A stretch of 64,000 bases of DNA, taken from the NCBI GenBank assembly GCA_017409025.1, contig JAFQTN010000014.1, positions 46,628-110,627 of the forward strand, written 5' to 3'. This document shows positions 26,796 through 35,743 of this stretch, piece by piece. A model generated the notes under the pieces. It was not told where the DNA came from. It saw nothing but the letters and a program-made list of their open reading frames with translations, and ran no database searches. Source of the stretch: Bacilli bacterium (GTDB lineage: Bacteria > Bacillota_I > Bacilli_A > RF39 > UBA660). Each line of letters starts with the position of its first letter. Position 1 is the first letter of the stretch. A program made the translations under genes and the position numbers.

Positions 26796-28598
26796 ATGAA
26801 TGATAAAAATAAAAGAATAATAACAATATTAAGTATATTTACTATAATATTTACATTAATGGGAGGAACACTCGCATATTGGGTATGGGATTCAACTACA
26901 AATACTGGATTAGCTTTTACAATAACTAAAGACTTCTCATGTTATGCAGATGGTGGAGAAGGTATAAGTAATGAAATAGTAGAATTAATACCAATATATG
27001 AAAAAAATTGTGCTACTAGTCCACATGTACTTAAAAGAACTATAACTCTTTCAGCAGATATAGAAAGAAATGATATGACTCTAGGAATGGACATATGGTT
27101 AAAAGTAAATTCTATAGATCCGACACTAGCTAATAATAAAAATTTAAGATATGCAATATCATCTTCTTCAATTAGTGGTTGTATTGCAACGGAAGAAGGA
27201 TATATTGCTAGTGGAAACTTTGCTGAATTAACAACAGGTAGTCAAGCACTTTTATTAAATAATGTAGAATTTATAAAAACGGACTTAACACCTAAAACAT
27301 ATTATTTATATATATGGTTAGATTCAGAAGAAACAAATAATGAAACTCAAGATGCTACATTCGATCTTTCACTAGGAGGTGAGTGTACTGAAACTACACC
27401 TGAAACACTAAGTAATAAAATAATATCTTTAGCAGAACTTGGCAGTAATAATGTATATCGTGAAATTACAAGTGCTTCAGTGGATTATGAAATAATTCCG
27501 GCTAATTCAACATATTGGAATACAATGAATATAGGTTCTGGTACTGTGATAGAAGATGAATTAGATGGATGGTTTTCTGTAAATGTATTGTGTTATGAAG
27601 TAGGGGAGTTATGGAAATGTGGAAGTGGAGAAATGACATTAATTCCTAAAGAAGCTGGATATTATCGTGTTGTTTTGGAAAGTGATGATTATTTTGAAAC
27701 GATAATAATAAATGGAAGAAATATTTATTACTATGACCCAGTATTAGGGAGTGGTGCTGGAAGTACTACGTTCTATTTAACTCCTGAAGATACGATTGAA
27801 CTTTCTTTTTCTGGTTGTGAAGTAACGACCGGCGCGACTTATGGAAAATTTAGAATTGAAAAATCAAAAAAAACGGGTTTACATACATACAGATATGAAG
27901 GTAAAGATGTTGATAATTATATAATTTTTAATGATGAAATGTGGCGAATAATTGGTTTGGAACATGGAAGTGTTATTGGTTTGGAAACAGGAAAATATTA
28001 TCCGAAAATAATAAGAAGTGAATTCCTTTCTAATTCTGTTTCTTATGGTGGTGATGATATAATAACTGATTGGGAATTTAGTCATATAAATGGGGGGTTA
28101 TACGCTTATTATCGTAGTAGTTCATCTGGTGTTATTGATTATTCAACTGAAGGGATAAGCGATGAATCTAGGATGTTAATTGAACATCCAACGTGGGAAG
28201 GATTAGGTTTGAGTAATATTTCGAATACAAAAGATACTTATATAAATGAAAGTTCAAAATTTGATAAAAGCAATTTTTATAGAAATTATGTAGGTTTGTT
28301 AAGCCCAAGTGATTATGGCTTTGCTGCATCACAAAAGATATGTGGCGATACATTGTTAACATCATATAGCAGTTGTATTAATAACAATTGGTTATATTCT
28401 GGAAAAAAAGAATGGTTGATAAGTGATTCGGAAGCTTATCAAGCTCTTATAATAAATGAAGCTGGTGATATAACTGTGTATAATACTCTTTCATATTTAT
28501 CTATCAGACCTGTGGTATATCTAAATCCAGATGTATTAATAACTGGTGGTACTGGTAAAATAGATGATCCATATAAAATAGAATTAAAGGAATCATAA
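26796..28598 (+). CDS. secreted protein with TasA/SipW-type signal peptide (paralog of 18739-20568 at the N-terminus)
   Basis: NKRIITILSIFTIIFTLMGGTLAYW signal. The N-terminal domain shares the ...YYLYIWLD / TFTIWIWID beta-rich pattern with the 18.7-kb gene. The C-terminal ...GLLSPSDYGFA...IRPVVYLNPDV...GTGKIDDPYKI module is seen in many uncharacterised Firmicute surface proteins. Confidence 0.55.
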   Translation: MNDKNKRIITILSIFTIIFTLMGGTLAYWVWDSTTNTGLAFTITKDFSCYADGGEGISNEIVELIPIYEKNCATSPHVLKRTITLSADIERNDMTLGMDIWLKVNSIDPTLANNKNLRYAISSSSISGCIATEEGYIASGNFAELTTGSQALLLNNVEFIKTDLTPKTYYLYIWLDSEETNNETQDATFDLSLGGECTETTPETLSNKIISLAELGSNNVYREITSASVDYEIIPANSTYWNTMNIGSGTVIEDELDGWFSVNVLCYEVGELWKCGSGEMTLIPKEAGYYRVVLESDDYFETIIINGRNIYYYDPVLGSGAGSTTFYLTPEDTIELSFSGCEVTTGATYGKFRIEKSKKTGLHTYRYEGKDVDNYIIFNDEMWRIIGLEHGSVIGLETGKYYPKIIRSEFLSNSVSYGGDDIITDWEFSHINGGLYAYYRSSSSGVIDYSTEGISDESRMLIEHPTWEGLGLSNISNTKDTYINESSKFDKSNFYRNYVGLLSPSDYGFAASQKICGDTLLTSYSSCINNNWLYSGKKEWLISDSEAYQALIINEAGDITVYNTLSYLSIRPVVYLNPDVLITGGTGKIDDPYKIELKES

Positions 28599-28602
28599 AA
28601 TA

Positions 28603-28628
28603 AAGGTCAATTTTGGCCTTTTAATTTT
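28603..28628 (+). terminator. rho-independent terminator
   Basis: AAGGTCA / TGGCCTT stem followed by TTAATTTTT. Confidence 0.6.
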
Positions 28629-28720
28629 TGGGTTAAATATTCTTTTTTAATACATTAAATTGTGATATAATATATATTAAGATAAGAAAGATTTTAATAA
28701 TTGGGAAGTAAGGAGAGAAT

Positions 28721-29140
28721 ATGGAAAAGAAGAAAAAAATAATATTAATAATATCGGTTATTGTAATAATTATATCAATTATTATGTCTATACTACTATT
28801 GACAAGTAAAGACAAGGAAGAACCATTTACTATTGATGGGATAGATTTAGTAGAAAATAAAGATATTTTAAAAGATAAGGAAGTTAATAATTTAAATATA
28901 ACTGATGTTTCATTATTAACTAGGGATGGTATATCTACATATAGAGCAATGGTTTCAAATAATACTAATGTAGATATAAAGATAAATAAATTATATGTAA
29001 AATTCTATTTAGATAGTGAAGAGATAGAGATAGTAGTATTAAATAATACGACATTAAAGTCAAATGGTTCTACATATATAAGTGTTACATCAGAAACAGA
29101 TTTATCTAAGGTTAAAAGAATTGAATATGTTATGGAATAA
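28721..29140 (+). CDS. membrane-anchored hypothetical protein
   Basis: 139 aa with an N-terminal TM helix and an AAGGAG RBS. Confidence 0.6.
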   Translation: MEKKKKIILIISVIVIIISIIMSILLLTSKDKEEPFTIDGIDLVENKDILKDKEVNNLNITDVSLLTRDGISTYRAMVSNNTNVDIKINKLYVKFYLDSEEIEIVVLNNTTLKSNGSTYISVTSETDLSKVKRIEYVME

Positions 29141-29146
29141 TTAAGG

Positions 29147-29178
29147 AGTAAGTTTGTAAATAACAAATTTACTTTTTT
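29147..29178 (+). terminator. rho-independent terminator
   Basis: GTAAGTTTGT / ACAAATTTAC stem followed by TTTTTT. Confidence 0.7.
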
Positions 29179-29245
29179 CTTTATTTGAATAGACTTTTTT
29201 AGATAAATTTAGTACAATTATGTTAATATATTAAGGAGAATAGTT

Positions 29246-30481
29246 ATGGTAAGTATTGAAGATAAAAAAATAAGTCCTAGTAAAAAAATAATAGATGATG
29301 TAAAAATTCAGATAATATATATTCCTTTGAAAAGTAAATTAGGATATGTTTATAAACCTACGGTAAAAGTAGGGGACTATGTATGTATAGATGATACACT
29401 TGGAATTAATGTAACTACTGATTTTGCATTAAAATCTAGTGTTAGTGGAACTATTGTAGGAATAGAGAAGAAATATATATCTAATGGTCATTTAGTAGAT
29501 TGTTTGGTAATAGAAAATGATTTTAAAGAGAAATATAGAAATAAACTAGGAAAGAAAAAAGATATTACTAAATATAGTAAAGAATGTTTTCTTTATATGC
29601 TTCAAAATAGTGGAATAACAGGAATGGGAGGGGGAGACTACCCAACATTTATAAAATATTCTACTAATAATAAGATAAATTATTTAATAGTAAATGGGAT
29701 TGAATCTGAAATATATTCTTCATCGGATAATGCTTTAATGTATAACTATGCAGAAGAAATATTAGAATGTATAGATGCTATAACAGAAATAATGGATATA
29801 GATAAAGCATATATTGCTATTAATGAAAATAATAGTGTTATCATAAAGAAATTTTTAAAACATATAAATACTTATCCAAATATTAAGATATATCCTATAA
29901 TTGATGCATATCCTAGTGGATGGGAGAGATATTTAGTAAATGAGATTACTAATCTTAATTATGAAAATAATCCTAGTGAAGTAGGAGTAATAGTAAATAA
30001 TGTATCTACTATATATTCTATTTATGAACTTTTAAAATATAATAGACCAAGTACTGAAAAAATTGTCACTATTGCTGGGGCTGGAGTTAGAAAGCCTGCT
30101 AACTATAAAGTAAAAATAGGTACTAATTTTAGTGAGTTGATGTTAAAAACAGATGGATATTCTAAAATTAATAATCCGGTTTTAGTTGCAGGTGGAGCTA
30201 TGATGGGAAAATCTATTCCTACCGATGAATTAATAATAACTAGGGATTTAAATACTATTTTAGTATTAGAAGAAACTAATCAAAAGAGTGAAAAATGTAT
30301 TAAATGTGGTAAATGTAGTGAAGTATGTCCGGTAGGACTAATGCCAGTAATGATTATAGATAGTAATGATAGAACAAAAAAATTAAGAATTGATAAATGT
30401 ATTGGATGCGGATTATGTTCATATGTTTGTCCATCTAAAATAGAAGTAAGAGAAATATTAGAATCTATGAAGGAGAAATAA
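29246..30481 (+). CDS. RnfC-like NADH-binding iron-sulfur protein
   Basis: RnfC-type N-terminal barrel, GITGMGGGDYPTFIKY (51K-type nucleotide site) and two 4Fe-4S motifs, CIKCGKCSEVCP and CIGCGLCSYVCP. Confidence 0.75.
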   Translation: MVSIEDKKISPSKKIIDDVKIQIIYIPLKSKLGYVYKPTVKVGDYVCIDDTLGINVTTDFALKSSVSGTIVGIEKKYISNGHLVDCLVIENDFKEKYRNKLGKKKDITKYSKECFLYMLQNSGITGMGGGDYPTFIKYSTNNKINYLIVNGIESEIYSSSDNALMYNYAEEILECIDAITEIMDIDKAYIAINENNSVIIKKFLKHINTYPNIKIYPIIDAYPSGWERYLVNEITNLNYENNPSEVGVIVNNVSTIYSIYELLKYNRPSTEKIVTIAGAGVRKPANYKVKIGTNFSELMLKTDGYSKINNPVLVAGGAMMGKSIPTDELIITRDLNTILVLEETNQKSEKCIKCGKCSEVCPVGLMPVMIIDSNDRTKKLRIDKCIGCGLCSYVCPSKIEVREILESMKEK

Positions 30482-31491
30482 TGAGAGAGTTTAAAAAAGA
30501 GAATAAAGTATTTATTAAATCAAATAATAGTACTTCAAAAATATTTAATAGATATTTATATTGTTTAATTCCATTTTTATTATTAATTGTATTTTATAAT
30601 CTAATATGGGGATCAAATATATATGTATTAAATCTCTTCAAATCTATATTTATATCACTACTAATATCAATATTAACTCAATATATATTTAATTTAATAA
30701 AAAAAGAATATAACATAAGTAAAGTATTTCTGCATGATCAAATTTTAACTATATCTATTATTCTTGGTTTGTTTTCTATAAATAGTAATATATTTTTAAT
30801 TATAATTAGTTCACTTGTTACTGTTATTATAAAAAATATTTTTAGAGATATTAATATATCTAGTACTTTATATGGAATGTTAGTAATATTGTTATATTCT
30901 TATTATACTAATGATTTAAATACACCACTTACTAATTTGAAAGAACTATCATATGTTGGCACTTATGAATTAATGGTTACTCCACATGGTGGAATAGTTG
31001 ATTATTTATTTGGTTTAAATAATATATATTTAAGTCCAATATTATCTGTTATAGCATTTATTTATTTGTTTAATAAAAAATCTATTAAATATAATATAGT
31101 ATTTTCTTATATTTTAACTTTCTTTATAATAATGTTATTATTTGGACTTTTTAATAATATGAATATATGGTATTTATTCTTACAGTTAACAACAGGAAAT
31201 ATATTATTTTTAAGTGTTTTTTGTTTAACAGATTATACTAATACACCGACTACTGGCGAAGGACAAATTATATATGGAATTATATTAGGAATATTAACAA
31301 GTGTATTAAGATTTGTAGTGCCAGATTTATCAGTGGTTATATCATTAATATTAGGCCCAATTTTATTAACTAAAATAATTAATAGAATTAGTTTTAAATT
31401 AAAATATGATAAAAAATACTACTATTTAATATTATCTATAAGTATTATATTAGTATTAATAACATTAATACTACTTAATATATTAATATAA
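30481..31491 (+). CDS. RnfD/NqrB-like integral membrane protein
   Basis: 336-aa polytopic protein, start overlaps the rnfC-like stop. The ...CLTDYTNTPTTGEGQIIYGIILG... region resembles the RnfD TDP.TSP..G motif. Confidence 0.6.
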   Translation: MREFKKENKVFIKSNNSTSKIFNRYLYCLIPFLLLIVFYNLIWGSNIYVLNLFKSIFISLLISILTQYIFNLIKKEYNISKVFLHDQILTISIILGLFSINSNIFLIIISSLVTVIIKNIFRDINISSTLYGMLVILLYSYYTNDLNTPLTNLKELSYVGTYELMVTPHGGIVDYLFGLNNIYLSPILSVIAFIYLFNKKSIKYNIVFSYILTFFIIMLLFGLFNNMNIWYLFLQLTTGNILFLSVFCLTDYTNTPTTGEGQIIYGIILGILTSVLRFVVPDLSVVISLILGPILLTKIINRISFKLKYDKKYYYLILSISIILVLITLILLNILI

Positions 31492-31492
31492 A

Positions 31493-31519
31493 AGAATTCG
31501 CTTTAATAACGAATTCTTA
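31493..31519. terminator. bidirectional hairpin between convergent genes
   Basis: AAGAATTCG (31493-31501) pairs with CGAATTCTT (31511-31519). Confidence 0.55.
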
Positions 31520-32245
31520 TTTTATTATCAAATAACTAATTCCAATTCCTAGGATTAATGCTATTGTAAGAGTTATAGTGATAAAGCTGATGTTGCTAAA
31601 TCCAGGAGATGTAGGGGTGTTAGGTTTAACTAGTCTTTTAACTAATCTGTTATTTTTTGTTTGATTTTCATAGGTTCTATCAATTGGGGGTATTCCTTGG
31701 AAACTATACTGTGATGCTGTTTGAATATAAGTTTCATTAACTTCTTTTTCTTTTAACGCTTCTTTTAATTTTTTATATTCTATATCATCAATATAATCAA
31801 AACTTGTAGTCATTAATTTCATATCTAACCAATCAATAAATTTTCTATCTGCATCTGTTTGCTTAATCATTTTAATTACTGCTTCAAGATTTTTGTTTTG
31901 TCTAGATAATCTTTCATAAATATCTCTAGTTATTGGCTTTATTTTAGTTACCATAATTTGATTAAATAATCTATCATCGTTTTCTAGTGCCGCTTGTTCT
32001 AATTCATAGGGAGAAATAATAGGTAATACGTAAATTCCTTTTTGATTAAGTGAATTAATTAAATCACCAATCTTTCTTATTTCGTTTATAATTTCTTCTT
32101 TGGAGAGAGTACTTATATCTTTATCTGAGAATCCTATAATAAGATCATAACTATCTTGTTGTAAATCAGATATACATAAATAATATCCATTATTTTTATA
32201 TATAGTATATTGTTCTGTACTTAGTTTAATATATTCTTCTCCCAT
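31517..32245 (-). CDS. tail-anchored hypothetical protein
   Basis: 242 aa with a C-terminal TM helix. No recognised motif. Confidence 0.55.
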   Translation of the reverse strand: MGEEYIKLSTEQYTIYKNNGYYLCISDLQQDSYDLIIGFSDKDISTLSKEEIINEIRKIGDLINSLNQKGIYVLPIISPYELEQAALENDDRLFNQIMVTKIKPITRDIYERLSRQNKNLEAVIKMIKQTDADRKFIDWLDMKLMTTSFDYIDDIEYKKLKEALKEKEVNETYIQTASQYSFQGIPPIDRTYENQTKNNRLVKRLVKPNTPTSPGFSNISFITITLTIALILGIGISYLIIK

Positions 32246-32352
32246 AGCTACACCTCTTTATTATATAGATATTATATCATAGTAAATAAAAAAATAATAG
32301 TATAAATAGATTTTAATAATAAAAAAACACCATATTGGTGTTAATAACTAAA

Positions 32353-32429
32353 TGGCGTCCTCAAGAGGATTTGAACCTCCGACCCCCGCCTTAGGAGGGC
32401 GGTGCTCTATCCAGCTGAGCTATGAGGAC
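32353..32429 (-). tRNA. tRNA-Arg (anticodon CCU)
   Basis: Reverse complement GTCCTCATAGCTCAGCTGGATAGAGCACCGCCCTCCTAAGGCGGGGGTCGGAGGTTCAAATCCTCTTGAGGACGCCA folds as a cloverleaf. It has a 7-bp acceptor stem, GCTC/GAGC D stem, CCGCC/GGCGG anticodon stem with loop CTCCTAA, a T arm with TTCAAAT and an encoded CCA. Confidence 0.9.
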
Positions 32430-32551
32430 GTCACAAATTAATTATAACATAAATTTATTTAATTTACAGAAAAAATGTCATTTGAAGTTAAAATATTGAT
32501 TATTAAAAAAATATATAATATACTATAAATAAGTAAAATATGGAGGATTAT

Positions 32552-32812
32552 ATGGAGAAAGATATTATAACAATCAAATTAGCTGATGGAACAATAAAAG
32601 ATATGGAAGTAGTGTTGGTTTATTCAGATGATAAGAAACAAACTAATTATATCTTATATAAAGATATTGATTCCATAGATGAATGTTATGCAGCGAAATA
32701 TGTTAAAAATGGTAATTTATTTGAAATAGATAGTAATTTAAGTAAAGAAGAATTAACAATATTAGAATGTGTTTTAGAAAGAGCATTAAAGGAGAATAAT
32801 CATGAAAATTAA
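32552..32812 (+). CDS. DUF1292-like small acidic protein
   Basis: ITIKLADGTIKDMEVVLVYSDDKKQTNYILY pattern. GGAGGA RBS favours the ATG at 32552. Confidence 0.5.
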   Translation: MEKDIITIKLADGTIKDMEVVLVYSDDKKQTNYILYKDIDSIDECYAAKYVKNGNLFEIDSNLSKEELTILECVLERALKENNHEN

Positions 32813-33962
32813 AATGGATTCTTCACATCAAAGTTTTGTTACTAAAAGTACAAAAAATAGTGAAGTTAAAAGAATTGGGATTAAGATAGGGGCTATTTTC
32901 TTAGTTGTTGGTACTTTATTTGTGATGTCTGGGTGTCAATCTCAAAATGAAAAAGTAATGAAATCTAGTCAAGAAAGAAATAAACAAATAATGCAATTGT
33001 ATTATCAAGGAGAATTACCGTCAGCTAAAGGTATAGAAAATTTACAAATATCTTATGCTCCGATAGATAATGATTTTGTAAATCAATTACCAGATAGTGT
33101 TTTTACTCTTTATTTAGAAGAAGATACATATGTAACAGATTTAAGTAATTTGCCTTCAACATGTCCATATTTAGAATCACTTTATATTTCTAATTGTCAT
33201 GGGATTAGTAATTATGAATTTATTAAAGAATTTAAAAATTTAAAAGAATTTGAACTAAGTATTAGTCAAACAGGGGTAGATCAAGAGTTAATAGATTATT
33301 TAAATGCTAATGGTATAAAACACAATTTAACACAGGAACATGTAGAATTAAATAAAAAAGTAGAAGATATTGTTAAATCTATAATTACTGATGATATGAC
33401 TGATGAAGAAAAGTTAAATAAAATAACGTTATATGTTATGAATAATTTAAAATATGATTTAAAAGGTGCATCTGATGTTGAAGTGACAACTAAATATAAC
33501 TTGAATCCTTTAAAATATGCATTAGAAGGAGAAGGTGTATGTATTAATTTTGCTGTTTTAACTGATGCATTGTGCCAAAAAGCAGGTATTGATACTACTG
33601 TTGTAAAAGATTTGGATCATGCATGGAATATGGTGTGTATTGAGGGAAAGTATTATTATGTTGATACTGCTAACATTAATCAATTACCGTTTGTATCTGA
33701 ATTATTATTAAAGCATTTTAATATTGGTTTTAATTATAAAAATGATCCATATGCTACAGGTATGACAGCAATGTCAGATGTAGATAATCTTATGACTCCT
33801 ACTCCTGAGAGAATACTAAAATTAATCGAAGAAACTAACGATCAAAAGAGTTTTATTGAAAAATATGGTAGTAATTTATATGTAGATTTAATTGTTGCAG
33901 TCGGAATAATGATAGGAATGGGGACGTTAGTTAAAGTTAATAAAAATAAAAAAAGAAGATAA
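32802..33962 (+). CDS. lipoprotein with LRR-like region and transglutaminase-like core
   Basis: Signal plus lipobox-like LFVMSGC. GEGVCINFAVL...DHAWNMVCIEGKYYYVDT gives the Cys-His-Asp arrangement of transglutaminase-like proteases. C-terminal TM helix. Confidence 0.55.
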   Translation: MKIKMDSSHQSFVTKSTKNSEVKRIGIKIGAIFLVVGTLFVMSGCQSQNEKVMKSSQERNKQIMQLYYQGELPSAKGIENLQISYAPIDNDFVNQLPDSVFTLYLEEDTYVTDLSNLPSTCPYLESLYISNCHGISNYEFIKEFKNLKEFELSISQTGVDQELIDYLNANGIKHNLTQEHVELNKKVEDIVKSIITDDMTDEEKLNKITLYVMNNLKYDLKGASDVEVTTKYNLNPLKYALEGEGVCINFAVLTDALCQKAGIDTTVVKDLDHAWNMVCIEGKYYYVDTANINQLPFVSELLLKHFNIGFNYKNDPYATGMTAMSDVDNLMTPTPERILKLIEETNDQKSFIEKYGSNLYVDLIVAVGIMIGMGTLVKVNKNKKRR

Positions 33963-33987
33963 AAAACTACTTAAATGTAGTTTTTTA
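33961..33987 (+). terminator. rho-independent terminator
   Basis: AAACTAC / GTAGTTT stem followed by a T-run. Confidence 0.6.
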
Positions 33988-34023
33988 ATTTTGAACAATA
34001 GTTTGCTTTTTAGGTAAAAAATG

Positions 34024-34052
34024 TTGACAAAATATAGCATTTATGCTATTAT
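34024..34052 (+). promoter_or_regulatory. sigma-A promoter (extended -10)
   Basis: TTGACA (34024-34029), 17-nt spacer, TGcTATTAT (34044-34052). Confidence 0.6.
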
Positions 34053-34083
34053 ATTAACCCGACATTGAAAGGGGATATAAAAA

Positions 34084-34839
34084 ATGGATGGAAAATACGC
34101 AAAGTATATTCAAAATTTTATGAAAAATTTTAAGGTAAATGGGGAAAAGGTTGAAATACAAACAGATTCGAATACCAAAAATAAACCACTTACATATGAT
34201 TTAACCGGAGAGGTTATTGAAAAATGTAATGATAAATTAGATACACAATATCAAATTATTACTGATAATGAAGAAGAAATTCAAAATAATCTAACACCTA
34301 TAGCAAACAAATTAGCAGCAGTAATCTGGGGAAGTTTAGGAATTGCCACAGTAGCATTTTTAATGATACCAACATTCGAAGTAACACTAGCAATAATTAT
34401 AAAAGCAATACCATTATTAACAGCAGGATTAGCAGGATTAGGTATGTTAATAATAAGAACTAAAAAAATAAATTTTATGAATTTCGTTCATATTGTTAAA
34501 GACTACAAAAAAAATAGAAAAGCTATTGAAGAATCAATGAGAACTGATGAAAATATAACTAAATATCTAAGTAATGATACTAAAAAAATGCTATCTGATA
34601 AAACAAAACTTATGGAATCTGGAAAAAGTTCAGAAATTCTTGATATGGATTTTATGGATAAACTTTTGGATAAAAAATCTAAAGGAAGAAGAGAATTAAT
34701 TAATTTATTAAATATGTATAAAGCGGTAATTAGTTTAAATAATGAACCTACTTATGTATCACCAAAAAAAGATTCAAATAAGAAAACAAGTAAGAAAAAT
34801 ACTCCTAAAAAGAAAACTAGAAAAAAAGAAGATAAATAA
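34084..34839 (+). CDS. membrane protein with Lys-rich C-terminal tail
   Basis: Two central TM helices. The tail is KKDSNKKTSKKNTPKKKTRKKEDK. Confidence 0.55.
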   Translation: MDGKYAKYIQNFMKNFKVNGEKVEIQTDSNTKNKPLTYDLTGEVIEKCNDKLDTQYQIITDNEEEIQNNLTPIANKLAAVIWGSLGIATVAFLMIPTFEVTLAIIIKAIPLLTAGLAGLGMLIIRTKKINFMNFVHIVKDYKKNRKAIEESMRTDENITKYLSNDTKKMLSDKTKLMESGKSSEILDMDFMDKLLDKKSKGRRELINLLNMYKAVISLNNEPTYVSPKKDSNKKTSKKNTPKKKTRKKEDK

Positions 34840-34864
34840 AAAGGATAATTACAGGGGCTAAAAT

Positions 34865-35284
34865 ATGAATAATAACTATGTTATTGAATATTTAAATGAA
34901 AATGAATTTCGTAAAAAAGAAAGAGCTATTAAAAAATATAATATGTTAGCTTATAAAAAATTAATTTTCGATTTTTATCCATCACTTAGAGATGGTAAGT
35001 TTTTAGGAGTAGAAGTTTCTTTTAATGAAAAAGAAAATATTAGTAAATATGAATTAAAATTACCTACTGATAGTATGTTTAATAAAGTACATGGTGAAAT
35101 ATTATTACATTATTCAGTGTATAAAAATCAAAGAATAGTAATGTTAGATAATTTAACACCAGATGATATTTTAACTGAAGGGCATCAAAAAGAATTAACT
35201 ACGTATAAAGGGGTAATGGTATCTAAAACTCATGCAGATAAAGATATTTTTAAAATAAATTTATTAAACATGATAGAAAAATAA
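34865..35284 (+). CDS. hypothetical protein
   Basis: 139 aa with an RBS. No recognised motif. Confidence 0.5.
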   Translation: MNNNYVIEYLNENEFRKKERAIKKYNMLAYKKLIFDFYPSLRDGKFLGVEVSFNEKENISKYELKLPTDSMFNKVHGEILLHYSVYKNQRIVMLDNLTPDDILTEGHQKELTTYKGVMVSKTHADKDIFKINLLNMIEK

Positions 35285-35287
35285 TAT

Positions 35288-35314
35288 AAGTATTACCATT
35301 GGTAATACTTTTTA
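35288..35314 (+). terminator. rho-independent terminator
   Basis: AAGTATTACC / GGTAATACTT stem followed by TTT. Confidence 0.65.
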
Positions 35315-35330
35315 AGTATAGGATGATAGT

Positions 35331-35723
35331 ATGGAAGAGATAAGAAATAAACGTTTAACATTATTTTTATTAGAAATATTATTAGTGTTAAGATATAGAA
35401 ATGTAACTGAATATTTTGTAGAGGAAATTAATGAATTTATATATCAAAATTATAAAGATAACAAAGAATTATTTTCATTGTTTTTTGATTATAATATATT
35501 AGAACAATTTATAGAACAAAATTATCAAGTGTTACCGAATGAAATTTTAATTGGATTACTACATAAATATCGTGGTTTTGAAGGTTATGAATCTTTAGTT
35601 GATGAAGTAGGGATGGAAGTAGATCAAAAAATTAGTATTTTAGTTATGAAATTTATAGAATATCATAAAGAATTAATAAAATTAAGATTTGCACCGAGTA
35701 ATCATCCAAGAATTCTTCAGTAA
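35331..35723 (+). CDS. hypothetical protein
   Basis: 130 aa. No recognised motif. Confidence 0.45.
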   Translation: MEEIRNKRLTLFLLEILLVLRYRNVTEYFVEEINEFIYQNYKDNKELFSLFFDYNILEQFIEQNYQVLPNEILIGLLHKYRGFEGYESLVDEVGMEVDQKISILVMKFIEYHKELIKLRFAPSNHPRILQ

Positions 35724-35743
35724 GTAAAAATAGGGGGAATAAA

